Shown one piece after another: positions 10,213-20,259 of a stretch of 32,000 nt of DNA. This DNA comes from Wallemia ichthyophaga EXF-994. Its lineage: Eukaryota; Fungi; Basidiomycota. Location: positions 1 to 32,000 of the forward strand of contig NW_008806294.1 of NCBI RefSeq assembly GCF_000400465.1, written 5' to 3'. The notes under the pieces were generated by a model. It saw only the letters and a list, made by a program, of their open reading frames with translations. It was not told the DNA's origin and made no database searches. A program made the position numbers and the translations under genes. The first letter of the stretch is position 1. Every line of letters begins with the position of its first letter.

Positions 10213-13167
10213 TCAAACTCCGCCTAGATTTGCACGCCCTTGTAAAAGACTATACAATTGAGCACGTGCATCATCTTGATTGCGCTGTTGTTGACTTAAA
10301 CCAGGTGGTGGTAAATTACTTTGTGAAGGTGGGCTGTTAGCAGGTATATTAAACAGTTGATTTAATGTTGCGTTACCCATTCCCATACCGAACCCAGGAG
10401 GAGGTTGTTGTATCTGAGATAAGTGCGGAGTTGGTGTGACTTGTTGTTGTTGTTGTTGTTGTTGTTGTTGGGCTTGCGCAAACATTAATTCAGCATGTGG
10501 AGATGGAGATGACATTGACATGATTGCTGGATCCTGAAAAGGTATGTCTGGAAAAGTTAGTAAGTGATAAATTCAACAAAACTTTACCCACCATATGTGG
10601 ACGCTTGCGATGGCATTGGCGAGTTGTTTCCAAGACCTGGCGGTGGTCCTGCGATGCCTGGAGGTGGGCCGTTGACCATGTTGCGAGACAGAGCAGGAGA
10701 GTTGCGTTGCTGTTGTTGTTGATGTTGCTGCTCAAACATCATGGCACTCGATGGAGCACCACTGCTACCTGCACCCGGCTGAGCATCCACGAGCAAGTCG
10801 TGAGCTGGATCCTCGAACGAACCAAGCTGCTGTTCACTTCTGGCAAAATCAAATCGAGATGATCTTCTGATATTTTCATCTTGACTGTATCCAAATGATC
10901 TCAGTCCAGGTGGAGGTGGAGGTGGAGGCGGATGATGTATGTGATGTGGCTGATGAACTGGAGCCTGCGTCATTCCAGCCAAATTCATCTGTTCAAACTG
11001 CTTATCTATACTACTATGACTATGCTGATCTATGTGTTGTGGGTGTGGGTGGTGTTGATGCTGCTGTTTCTGATGCTGTTGTTGTTGCTGCTGCTTTAGC
11101 TGAGAATTTGGGAATGATCCAAACGGTGCAAATGTTTCATCGAATGGATTAAATGCCCCAGTGTAGATTGGTCCAGGTGAGGTTTGGACTGAAGGTTGCT
11201 GAACATTTCTCTGCTGTGACACTTGTTTACGTTGAAAGTGATCATAAGTTGACATATAGCTTATTGAAGGATCATTACCGAACAAATAACTAACAGATGA
11301 TAGTACATTCTGACTATCGACAGGTCTACTAAGGTTAGACTGCTGCAGCGGCGACTTGTGAAGAGCATTGTTATTATCCTCAACACCCATGCTAAAGCTA
11401 AAGTCGTTTCCACCTGACTTGAAGAGCGATAAAACATCATCAATTTCGTCATCCCGACTCTTTTTCATTGGTTGCACAGGCATTGGATGTGGAGAAAGCC
11501 CAGCTAAGCCAGGAGGTGGTAAACTTGGTGATAAACCAGGTGGTAACATAGTAATTGGTTTAGAGGATAATCCAGGTGGTGGTGGTGCAGGTGATTGTTT
11601 TGACAAACCAGGCGGAGGACCAGTTGGAGAAACTGTTGCACTTGTACTCACTGGTACCTGCTTTGGTATAAGATTATTCAAATCAGGTGATTGATTATTA
11701 CTACTTTGTTGAACAACTGAAGAAGGTCTTGATAAGGGTTTGTCATAATTCGCATTTGATCGCATAACTTGATTTATATTTTGATTTGAATTTTGACTTT
11801 GAAATTGTGGACGAATGATTCTATTCGGAGGATTCGAAGAGACTGGAGTTCGACGAATGGAAGATAAGTGGGATGATTGTGAAGGTGTAGGGAATTGAGA
11901 TGTGGGTAAGTTGGTGATTGTACTAGCTGTTGAAGCGCTCGTAGGTTGACTACCTGGTTTAGCCCATGAAGCAGATTTTGGTAGTTGTTGAGCATGAGTG
12001 GTTTCAATATCATGTATTTGAGGCCTGCGTATAGTAGGAGTATTGTAATTTGGTTGATTATGCTGCGTAGAAGAATTTTGATTGAAATGATGAGAATTTT
12101 GATAATAATGTTGTGGTGGTGGTGGGGTTGGTAATGGAGCAGCGTTGGCAAAAGGTCTCCTGAAACCGCCAGCGCCACCGGTATCACCAGCAGGGAAAGA
12201 GGAAGAAGTTAAATCTTCCTTTGTGAAACTATCATTCTCATCTGCAGGTTCGTGAAGTAAAGAACAATTTGGATCAGAGCAGAAAATATTGCGCAAGTAG
12301 TTGGTGCAATACTTTGAAGTACCGTAGCTTGCTCTTAAAACACCACCTTGAGCAGGATCAATAAGGTTTACACCATCGACGCAATTTATGGCAAGTAAAG
12401 CATCTTCAGATCTTTGGTATAATATGTAAATACCAACGATAGGGCTATCAGAGATAGAGTGACTTGAAGGAGGTCTCTTTGTAAGTGATAATTTTAGTAT
12501 GCGTCCGTATTGACCAAAGTAATCAGGGGATTTGAGTAAAGGCAGCATTTCTTCGGAGAAAGACTGAGGCCAGCCAACTACATAAGCTAAAGAGCGTTGA
12601 ATAACTCTAACATCGGCTAATCTGGATCTGCCGAGGTTGTCAAGCTCCTTTTTCTCCTTCTCCTTCGATTTTTTCTGGCGTTCGATGCGTTTGACGCTGG
12701 GAGTGAAATGAGTTGGGGTATAGGGCAATGAGAAGAAAGAAACTCACTCTTCTGCAGCGACAGGCTGAAATTTAGCGCCTTCGTTGGTGTATTCTCTTCG
12801 ACAAGCGGGGCACTTTCTATTCAAGTTTTCCTTAATACGATGCCAGCAGAATCTACAGATCTGTGAGGTTGTCAGAAGTGAAAATATACGCCGTTTAAAC
12901 CCACTTGATATCCACAGGGACACGGCTTGAAGTTCAAATCAGATATGTCCATTTCATCTAAGCAAAGTGGACAATCTCTATCTTCCTAGAGAGAAGTGAG
13001 TAAACTTGATGATTCAAATACACCAAACACACCTCATCATCTGACCAGTAAGCGTCTCTTAAACCTTTGAATAGATCCTTATCTTGATTTACCTGTACAG
13101 ATCCACTACTTGGCGTATGAGGAAGCGTCTTTGGTATTCCCAGATTCAACAGCGTCGTTTTATACAT
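10213..13167 (-). CDS. NOT4: CCR4-NOT E3 ubiquitin ligase Not4 (RING C4C4, RRM, CCCH, long low-complexity C-terminus), 5 exons
   Basis: ATG at 13167. The spliced protein gives DAYWSDDE|EDRDCPLCLDEMDISDLNFKPCPCGYQ|ICRFCW..CPACRR, RRM LADVRVIQRSLAYVVG..YFGQYGRI, CCCH GTSKYC..C..C..HE, and C-terminal SRFDFAR and PFQDPAIM motifs. Confidence 0.93.
10441..10470 (-). repeat. Perfect (CAA)10 microsatellite encoding polyQ in the last exon of NOT4
   Basis: (ttg)x10 on the + strand at 10441-10470, in frame as Q10. Confidence 0.95.
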
Positions 13168-13711
13168 TTTAGCCTCAACGAAACTTGACGGTACGATTGT
13201 AAGGAAGATTGTGAGCAAATATTTTATAATCAAGTAGAGACGCTAAGGGGATTGAATTTAAAATTACATCCATATTTCAGTCTTTATAAACGTTTATTCA
13301 AGATATCTTTGTGATTTTGAGTGTTTTGATTGGTGAAATGGGGAGTAGGGGTATAGGGATTTGGATTTGATGGTAGTATGTTTGTGTTATATGTTCAATA
13401 TCCTCTAAATACCATACAAAGATTACAAATTGAAACTGAAATTGAGTTCAGTGCGTTGCGTTGCGTCGCGTAACTGAGAAAATCCAATCAATAAGCTTTT
13501 ATTGGAGTGTTTTATAGTGTTTGAATGTGCATCATCTTCGCCCCCTCAAACCCCTTAAATTAGAATATAAAAATTAAAATATTCCGTTCATACCCACTCC
13601 AATACTACCCTTGACTTAGACCAGCGAATACCTCGACGAAATTGGAAATATTGGAGAAATTGTGGGTTTTAATAGTAGAATTCAAAGGTAGACTATTGAA
13701 TTATTATTAGA

Positions 13712-15379
13712 ATGTCACTTTTACAAGCAATTTCTACTTTCTTTAACCCACAGACTACGTTATCTTCAATACCAAATCGTAATAGAGGCGTCGCAGCTAG
13801 TGGCAGTCCAACAACGCCATCAGTTATCCCTTTAAACCCAAATTTGAATAAATCAGATTGTGGTACTCCACCACCAAGTAGCTCTACTTTCATCCCGAAT
13901 TCACCTGCATTGCATCCATTTCCACCACCAAGTCCTTATCCTCCTTTGAAAAGTACTTATCAACGTATTAAAAAGTGGTCAAAGAGTCGATGTCCTGAGA
14001 TCTATGACACTTTAAATATACCCGCTTCAATTCTCACTTTAGACGCTCTTGAACTTAATATCGGTTTTCAATTACCACCTGCAGTTAGAGATTACTTTTT
14101 AGTTCATGATGGTCAAGACATTGATAACGATTCCGATGGTTTGTTATTTGGTTTACACCTCCTTCCCATCGACGACGTACTTGAACAGTATGACTTTTGG
14201 AGAAGCGTTGATGAACATGATCAGGTTCATAACAATCATTTCTTACTTTCACGCATGAAATCTGTTCCTCATGGTTGGGTAAAATGTCTCTACTCCAACC
14301 CCGCTTGGTTACCTTTAGCTACTGATAAAATGGGTAATTACATTGGTGTAGATTTAGATCCTCCAACTGATCAACCAGGTGCTGTACCTGGTCAAGTCAT
14401 TCTTTTCGGTAGAGATATTGATACAAAGGTTGTTGTTTGTCATTCTGATGGCTCTGGCGGTTGGGGAAAGTTCATGTCTCACTTCGCTGACTTATTAGAA
14501 ACTGATCAAGTTACTTTTAAACATGACGATAGTTACTTAAGTAGCTCTATTGATAGTATAGATGACTATATAGGATCTGCAAATAAAATTGGAATGAAAA
14601 TTGGTGGCGAGTATAAAGGTTGGGATGTTATTGAGGCGCTATTTGATAAGAGTGTAAAGTTTTGGTCGGAAATCGGTCTTGGGGAGGAAGATGCACCAGC
14701 TTTAAACGTTGAATCCCCTCATGGTACACTCTCACCGATTTCCATACCACAATCATCTGGAAAACAGAGAGCTCAAACAGAACCAATTCCATCAACAAGT
14801 AAAGCGACTTTAACACCGGAGAGAAAGTCGGATAGGATGAGAGTGAGCCACTCAGATAATGGCAAAACACACCAACGCAGATCAGCAGTCACACTTCCAC
14901 CAGCTGCACCAATAGATTTGCCTACATCTGATCAAATAAGGGAGGTTGCGAATGAGGCGAGAAATGAGGCAAACAATGGCAAGTCGTGGATATTGCCATC
15001 GCACGTACAACAAACAGTATCAAAGCAGAAGATGCACCAGGATTACACTAATGGGGATATAACCGAGTTAAGAAATTTTGGTAGATCATCAACGCCGACA
15101 TTGTCATTGACATCAACATCTAATGCCACAGTGGATAGTTTGGGATTGGAGCATGGTAATGGTGGTGGTGAGAACAGCAACAATAATAACAACAGTAACA
15201 GTAATAGCAGTGGGATAAGGAATAGCTTAGGACTTGCACATAGCAACAACTCAGATGAGTCAACCAACCCAATGGCGTCAACTATCAGACTTGTACACTC
15301 ACCTGAGCGTATAAACAAGTCAACACTTAACAAGAATGAAGATTTTCAAGATGTTTCACTAGATATCAGCCCGATGTGA
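13712..15379 (+). CDS. SMI1: Smi1/Knr4 cell-wall (glucan synthesis) regulator, single exon
   Basis: SMI1/KNR4 domain CPEIYDTLN..LPPAVRDYFLVHDGQD..LLFGLHLLP, then WLPLATDKMGNYIGVDLDPP and GQVILFGRDIDTK, followed by a disordered tail. Confidence 0.9.
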   Translation: MSLLQAISTFFNPQTTLSSIPNRNRGVAASGSPTTPSVIPLNPNLNKSDCGTPPPSSSTFIPNSPALHPFPPPSPYPPLKSTYQRIKKWSKSRCPEIYDTLNIPASILTLDALELNIGFQLPPAVRDYFLVHDGQDIDNDSDGLLFGLHLLPIDDVLEQYDFWRSVDEHDQVHNNHFLLSRMKSVPHGWVKCLYSNPAWLPLATDKMGNYIGVDLDPPTDQPGAVPGQVILFGRDIDTKVVVCHSDGSGGWGKFMSHFADLLETDQVTFKHDDSYLSSSIDSIDDYIGSANKIGMKIGGEYKGWDVIEALFDKSVKFWSEIGLGEEDAPALNVESPHGTLSPISIPQSSGKQRAQTEPIPSTSKATLTPERKSDRMRVSHSDNGKTHQRRSAVTLPPAAPIDLPTSDQIREVANEARNEANNGKSWILPSHVQQTVSKQKMHQDYTNGDITELRNFGRSSTPTLSLTSTSNATVDSLGLEHGNGGGENSNNNNNSNSNSSGIRNSLGLAHSNNSDESTNPMASTIRLVHSPERINKSTLNKNEDFQDVSLDISPM

Positions 15380-15492
15380 GAACAAAATTTTTGCGAGCAT
15401 ACATACATAATAAGAAAGATAATGAACAATTGTATACTATAACCAATTCAGAGTATTTATCACAAGATTTCAAAAATTAAGAGATAAGAAAA

Positions 15493-16324
15493 TTAAACAA
15501 GAAGTACAGCATTAACGCAACCGTCATTTTCAGGGTTGTTAGTTATTTGGGCATACTTACCCCAAACGACTTTACCACCAGTAGTGACCATACCGAGTTC
15601 ACTTACGTTAACTTCGAGTACGGTGCCCTTCGTGAGGACGCCAAGTTGAGAGTAGAGAGGAGACTGAGGGTTCTTCTTAACGCCGATGATGGGGAGTTGG
15701 AAGGTAGTCTTGAGTTCAGGGTGAGTGACGTTTGCCTTCTTCATACGCAAGCCAGAAGGTCTAATGAAACGCTCAAGCTTTGGAGGTTTGCGGGTAAAGT
15801 TCTCACCGACAAAGGTAGGTTTAGTGATCATTCTCTTCCAAGATTTCTGCTTCTTGGAGCCGGTTTTGATAACCTTGAAAACCTCTTCCTCTGCGATACC
15901 TTTAACTTTTGGAAGGGGAACGCTAAACCTCGCAGCTTTATCTTTACGCTTTTGTTTGATGGCTGAGCTGATGGATTTGGCATCACGCTGTTCATTCCTA
16001 TCCATGAGGTAGGTTGGGAGAGCAGCGCTATCGTCTGGCTTCTCTTCATCTTTTTTAACGTTCCTCTCGCTGTGGTTTTTCATAGTCTTCTTCATTTGAA
16101 CCTTCTCAGCGTGCTTCTGCTTGTGCATCATCTTAGCCTTGAGACCATGAGTCTGTCTGGCGACCTTTGAATTCTGGTGCACCGATCTAGCCTCCTTCTT
16201 GCGAAGTTTCTCATCGTGATCGAGACGTTTACCGTATCTCCTTTGGTGTTCTTCAATGTACTCGTTTTGAGGCTGTGGAAATTAAATTAGCAGGTTTATC
16301 CATTTATTTACAGCCACTAACCAT
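15493..16324 (-). CDS. NSA2: 60S ribosome biogenesis protein Nsa2; first coding exon is the ATG only
   Basis: ATG 16324-16322, intron 16321-16273 (GTTAGT..CTAAT..CAG), then [14 protein letters not shown]..., [28 protein letters not shown] and [23 protein letters not shown]. Confidence 0.97.
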
Positions 16325-16362
16325 TACAAGTAGATGACGGTTAAACTTTAACAAGTACAACC

Positions 16363-17157
16363 ATGTCTTCCCATCTATTCGATAATCAAAATATAATTAA
16401 AAATTCAAATCCAAATTTCTACAAGCCAGATTTAAATTTCTACAGTAATCCTGTCCCTGCTTCTGCATCTAGTATTGATGGGAGTATGGGTATGAGTATG
16501 GGCACGGCAAATACAAACGATGGATACACCAGTCTATCTCCAAACAGTGCTGGGTTCATGAGCACCACTTATCATGGTCCTTGGTGGCACGCATTTGGCA
16601 CTGGCGGTTTGGACGGTGAAGATGCCTTATTGAGCGAGTTGGGTATTAACTTTAGTCATATACTCACGAAATCACTCGCTGTACTCAATCCATTCTCTAA
16701 TAAAGTTGATGATCGCTTAATGGACGATGCTGATCTTGCTGGACCACTCGTTTTCTGGGGTGCATTTGGTTTAGCTTTGTTGCTATCGGGTAAGGCGCAG
16801 TTTGGTTATATTTATGGTGTGGCCTTGGTCGGTAGTATTAGTATATATGGACTTCTCAACGTTATGAGTCCACAAGGTATTGAAGTTTCACGTACTGCTT
16901 CAGTTCTCGGTTATTGTCTCCTACCTATGGTTATCCTATCCGTGATTAGCGTACCATTTGAGATGGATAATTGGATTGGTTATGCACTATCCACTATCAT
17001 CACTTTCTGGTGCACTTTCTCCGCTAGTGGTATATTTGTCACAGTCCAGCAGATGACGGAACAGCGGCTATTGGTTGCATATCCTGTGGCATTACTATAT
17101 GCGTGTTTTGCATTATTGAGTGTGTTTACAGAGGGTGGAGTTGGGAATAAGCAGTAA
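16363..17157 (+). CDS. YIP1: Yip1 family Golgi/ER membrane trafficking protein, single exon
   Basis: Motifs LLSELGINFSHI, MDDADLAGPLVF, GKAQFGYIYG, SVLGYCLLPMV and LVAYPVALLYACFAL; several TM helices. Confidence 0.93.
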   Translation: MSSHLFDNQNIIKNSNPNFYKPDLNFYSNPVPASASSIDGSMGMSMGTANTNDGYTSLSPNSAGFMSTTYHGPWWHAFGTGGLDGEDALLSELGINFSHILTKSLAVLNPFSNKVDDRLMDDADLAGPLVFWGAFGLALLLSGKAQFGYIYGVALVGSISIYGLLNVMSPQGIEVSRTASVLGYCLLPMVILSVISVPFEMDNWIGYALSTIITFWCTFSASGIFVTVQQMTEQRLLVAYPVALLYACFALLSVFTEGGVGNKQ

Positions 17158-17212
17158 TTAATGAGTATATCCAATTTATACCCGTGAATGTTATTATACA
17201 TGAATTATTACA

Positions 17213-18001
17213 TCACTTATCACTCCGTCTAAACCTCGAATAATGATCATCATCACTCGCCTTACCAGATTGTCTATAATCGTTGATTGCATCTTGTTGG
17301 TTGATTGGGAGTAAAGAACTGCTATCGATACGTGATTTTATGAGGGAAGGTTGAGAGAATCTGATTTGAGAGTGGTTAGAATTATCAACTTGATCTAAAT
17401 GATTAGATGTATGCTTAAATCGCTGTTTAGCTTTTTCGGTGTTTTCAATGTTCCTGAGTTTAGCATCCACGCCTAAATCGACTTCAGGGATAGTAGTGAG
17501 CATACTCTCAGAGCGAGTAATACTGCCATCGTGTGCGGGTTGCTTGTGAGGGTGTTTGGGAGTGTATTGTTGAGCAATAGCGTATAATTCACTTGAAGGA
17601 TCGTTTAATTGAGTTGGAGTGGGCGTATGAGAGAGTGAATGAGTATCGCCCTTCCTTCGCTTCAATTCCTCCTCAATGAACACCATCATAGCCTTATCGA
17701 CGTTTATAGTTGGTGAGTGTGTGGTGAAGTTTGAGTTGGTTGAGTGGTTTGAATGGTTATCCTGTTCAATATCCTGATCCAAACGCGATCGTTTGTTATC
17801 AGGAGTATTACCTCCACTAACCAGCTTATCAACATCAATACCCGGAGAAGTCCTCTTTAATTTCCTTAAAAGGTGTTTTTCATGGATAGCGGATTGGGAT
17901 TGGGATTGAGATTGGTTTATACTCTGTTGATCATCTTGTTCATTGAAAATACCACGTTTATTACTAAAATTACACCTATTCACTTTACGCTGCTTGAACA
18001 T
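17213..18001 (-). CDS. C9orf78/Tls1-like spliceosome-associated protein (HCA59 domain)
   Basis: ATG at 18001 (MFKQRK). Motifs VDKAMMVFIEEELKRRKG, MLTTIPEVDLGVDAKLRNIENTEKAK and C-terminal KASDDDHYSRFRR, matching the HCA59/C9orf78 family. Confidence 0.8.
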   Translation of the reverse strand: MFKQRKVNRCNFSNKRGIFNEQDDQQSINQSQSQSQSAIHEKHLLRKLKRTSPGIDVDKLVSGGNTPDNKRSRLDQDIEQDNHSNHSTNSNFTTHSPTINVDKAMMVFIEEELKRRKGDTHSLSHTPTPTQLNDPSSELYAIAQQYTPKHPHKQPAHDGSITRSESMLTTIPEVDLGVDAKLRNIENTEKAKQRFKHTSNHLDQVDNSNHSQIRFSQPSLIKSRIDSSSLLPINQQDAINDYRQSGKASDDDHYSRFRRSDK

Positions 18002-18024
18002 GATAACGTTATAAACTAACTGTG

Positions 18025-18623
18025 ATGAGTGAAGGTGTAAGAGAGGAAGAAAGATTGCCACCGATAAATATGATTGGCGTGGGTGGATCAGGGGTAACTG
18101 AAGGCGTGAATGGAGTACCTGGTGTATCAACTATATCAACTATATCACCCAGTGTACCACACAATCTACAGCAACAACAACAGCAATTACCAATAGGTTT
18201 ACCACAATCAACTCAAGCATCTCATTCAACTCATTCCTCACAAGCTGCAACTAAAGCAAGAAATAGGAATCCTTCTGCGAACGGTCCAACAGTTGCAAGT
18301 CAAGCGGACGATGAAAAGTATGTAAATAAGTTTAGAGAAATGAAGTTTAAGACAAGAGGAGTAATGAGGGTGAGTTATTTTATACATATTATATTCATTT
18401 ATTAACCTTATAAACCTTGAAATCCAGGAAAATGATTCACTTTATTTGAAATTACTTAAAACTCAATGGTCAATTAAACGCGCAAAGTTGTTTAGGGCGT
18501 AGGTTTTATTTACATTATATGTATTAACTTACCAACTCACAATCCCCATACAGAATCCTATATGAAAGATTACAAGATGTAAAAGATAAAGAGGTTGATA
18601 AAGATGATACAAATGATGTTTAG
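18025..18623 (+). CDS. Small coiled-coil protein resembling INO80 complex subunits of the TFPT/INO80E/Iec3 type, 3 exons
   Basis: Introns 18370-18427 and 18499-18553 join KYVNKFREMKFKTRGVMR|ENDSLYLKLLKTQWSIKRAKLFRA|ILYERLQDV, ending at TAG 18621-18623. The K(Y/F)-x-L/M-K...RAILYERL pattern resembles INO80-associated coiled coils. Confidence 0.6.
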
Positions 18624-18644
18624 TTTATTTATTTATTTTTGTTT

Positions 18645-18674
18645 ACATTTATACACATTTATACACATTTATAC
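18645..18674 (+). repeat. Tandem 10-bp repeat (ACATTTATAC)x3 in the 89-nt spacer before the eIF2-gamma gene
   Basis: Three exact copies at 18645, 18655 and 18665. Confidence 0.85.
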
Positions 18675-18712
18675 ATATTTTATTGTGAATTTCTTCCCCT
18701 TCCGATACAATC

Positions 18713-20089
18713 ATGGTGGACACACTCAGCAGCGCACTCAATGGGTTATCAATCAATGATCTTCACCCACTCCATCAATCTATCATACAAGGCCAAGCTA
18801 CCATCAACATTGGTACCATCGGTCACGTCGCTCACGGTAAATCAACTGTTGTTAAATCTATATCTGGTGTACACACCGTTCGCTTTAAAAATGAATTAGA
18901 GCGTAATATCACTATTAAACTTGGTTACGCAAATGCTAAAATATTCAAATGCGATGAGCCCTCATGCCCTAGACCTGGTTGCTATAGAAGCTATCCATCC
19001 AACAAAGAACCAAATCCTTTATGTGAAAATGAAAACTGTCAAGGTTCTATGCACCTCGTACGTCACGTTTCCTTCGTTGATTGTCCTGGTCACGACATTC
19101 TCATGGCTACCATGCTTAACGGTGCTGCTGTTATGGATGCTGCATTATTATTAGTTGCTGCAAATGAATCTTGTCCACAACCTCAAACTTCTGAACATTT
19201 AGCTGCTGTTGAAATCATGAAACTCAAGGATATCATCATTCTTCAAAACAAAGTCGACCTTATCCGCGAACAACAAGCTGAAGAGCACTGGAAGAGTATT
19301 GTCGATTTCGTACACGGTACTAGTGCCACAAATGCTCCAATTGTTCCCATCAGTGCTCAACTTAAATACAACATTGACGCTGTCTGTGAGTATCTCGTCA
19401 AAACTGTCCCTGTCCCTGAGCGTGATTTCGCTGCCCCACCTAAACTCATCGTCATTCGCTCATTCGATGTAAACAAACCAGGTTCTGACGTCGATGATCT
19501 TAAGGGGGGTGTAGCTGGTGGAAGTATTCTACAAGGTGTCTTACACATTGGTCAGGAGATTGAAGTTCGTCCTGGTATCGTCACTAAAGACAACGACGGT
19601 AACATTCACTGCAAACCTATTAAATCAAAAATTGTTTCCCTCCTCGCTGAACAGAATAAACTCAACTTTGCAGTTCCAGGTGGTTTGATTGGTGTGGGCA
19701 CTAAAATTGATCCTACTCTTTGCAGAGCTGATCGTCTCGTCGGTCAAGTACTCGGTGCACCTAACGGCCTCCCATTCATCTACACCGAATTGGAAATTAA
19801 TTACTTCCTCCTCAGACGTCTTCTTGGTGTAAAGAGCGATGATAAGAAACAAACAAAGGTCGCTAAATTGGCAAAGAATGAGGTTCTCATGGTTAACATT
19901 GGCTCTACTTCTACAGGTGGTAGAGTCATGTCAGTTAAAGCTGATTTAGCTAAAATATACCTCACTTCTCCTGCTTGCACTGAGGTTGGTGAGAAGGTTG
20001 CCCTCTCACGTCGTATTGAGAGACATTGGCGTCTCGTTGGTTGGGGTACTGTTGTTGCTGGTCAAGTACTCGATATCGAGAGTGCGTAG
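18713..20089 (+). CDS. GCD11: Translation initiation factor eIF2 gamma subunit, single exon
   Basis: Motifs [66 protein letters not shown] and [13 protein letters not shown]. Confidence 0.98.
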   Translation: MVDTLSSALNGLSINDLHPLHQSIIQGQATINIGTIGHVAHGKSTVVKSISGVHTVRFKNELERNITIKLGYANAKIFKCDEPSCPRPGCYRSYPSNKEPNPLCENENCQGSMHLVRHVSFVDCPGHDILMATMLNGAAVMDAALLLVAANESCPQPQTSEHLAAVEIMKLKDIIILQNKVDLIREQQAEEHWKSIVDFVHGTSATNAPIVPISAQLKYNIDAVCEYLVKTVPVPERDFAAPPKLIVIRSFDVNKPGSDVDDLKGGVAGGSILQGVLHIGQEIEVRPGIVTKDNDGNIHCKPIKSKIVSLLAEQNKLNFAVPGGLIGVGTKIDPTLCRADRLVGQVLGAPNGLPFIYTELEINYFLLRRLLGVKSDDKKQTKVAKLAKNEVLMVNIGSTSTGGRVMSVKADLAKIYLTSPACTEVGEKVALSRRIERHWRLVGWGTVVAGQVLDIESA

Positions 20090-20259
20090 ATGGTGTTTTC
20101 TTTATTAAAACAAAAAAAAAGTCCTTTTTCCCCTCTGCATACATATTATTTGCATTATTATTGGTCATATATCTTGTCATGTTGTCATGTTGTCATTACA
20201 ATGCATAAGCAAACAAAGCATATTATCATGTCCGTGCGTCACTCCCCATTCTACCCTAC

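Noticed and set aside
13168-13233. Hydrophobic in-frame extension upstream of NOT4 (MIIKYLLTIFLTIV...)
   Set aside because: It begins at TTG in AT-rich leader sequence. A signal-like peptide on Not4 has no precedent and is probably a composition artefact.
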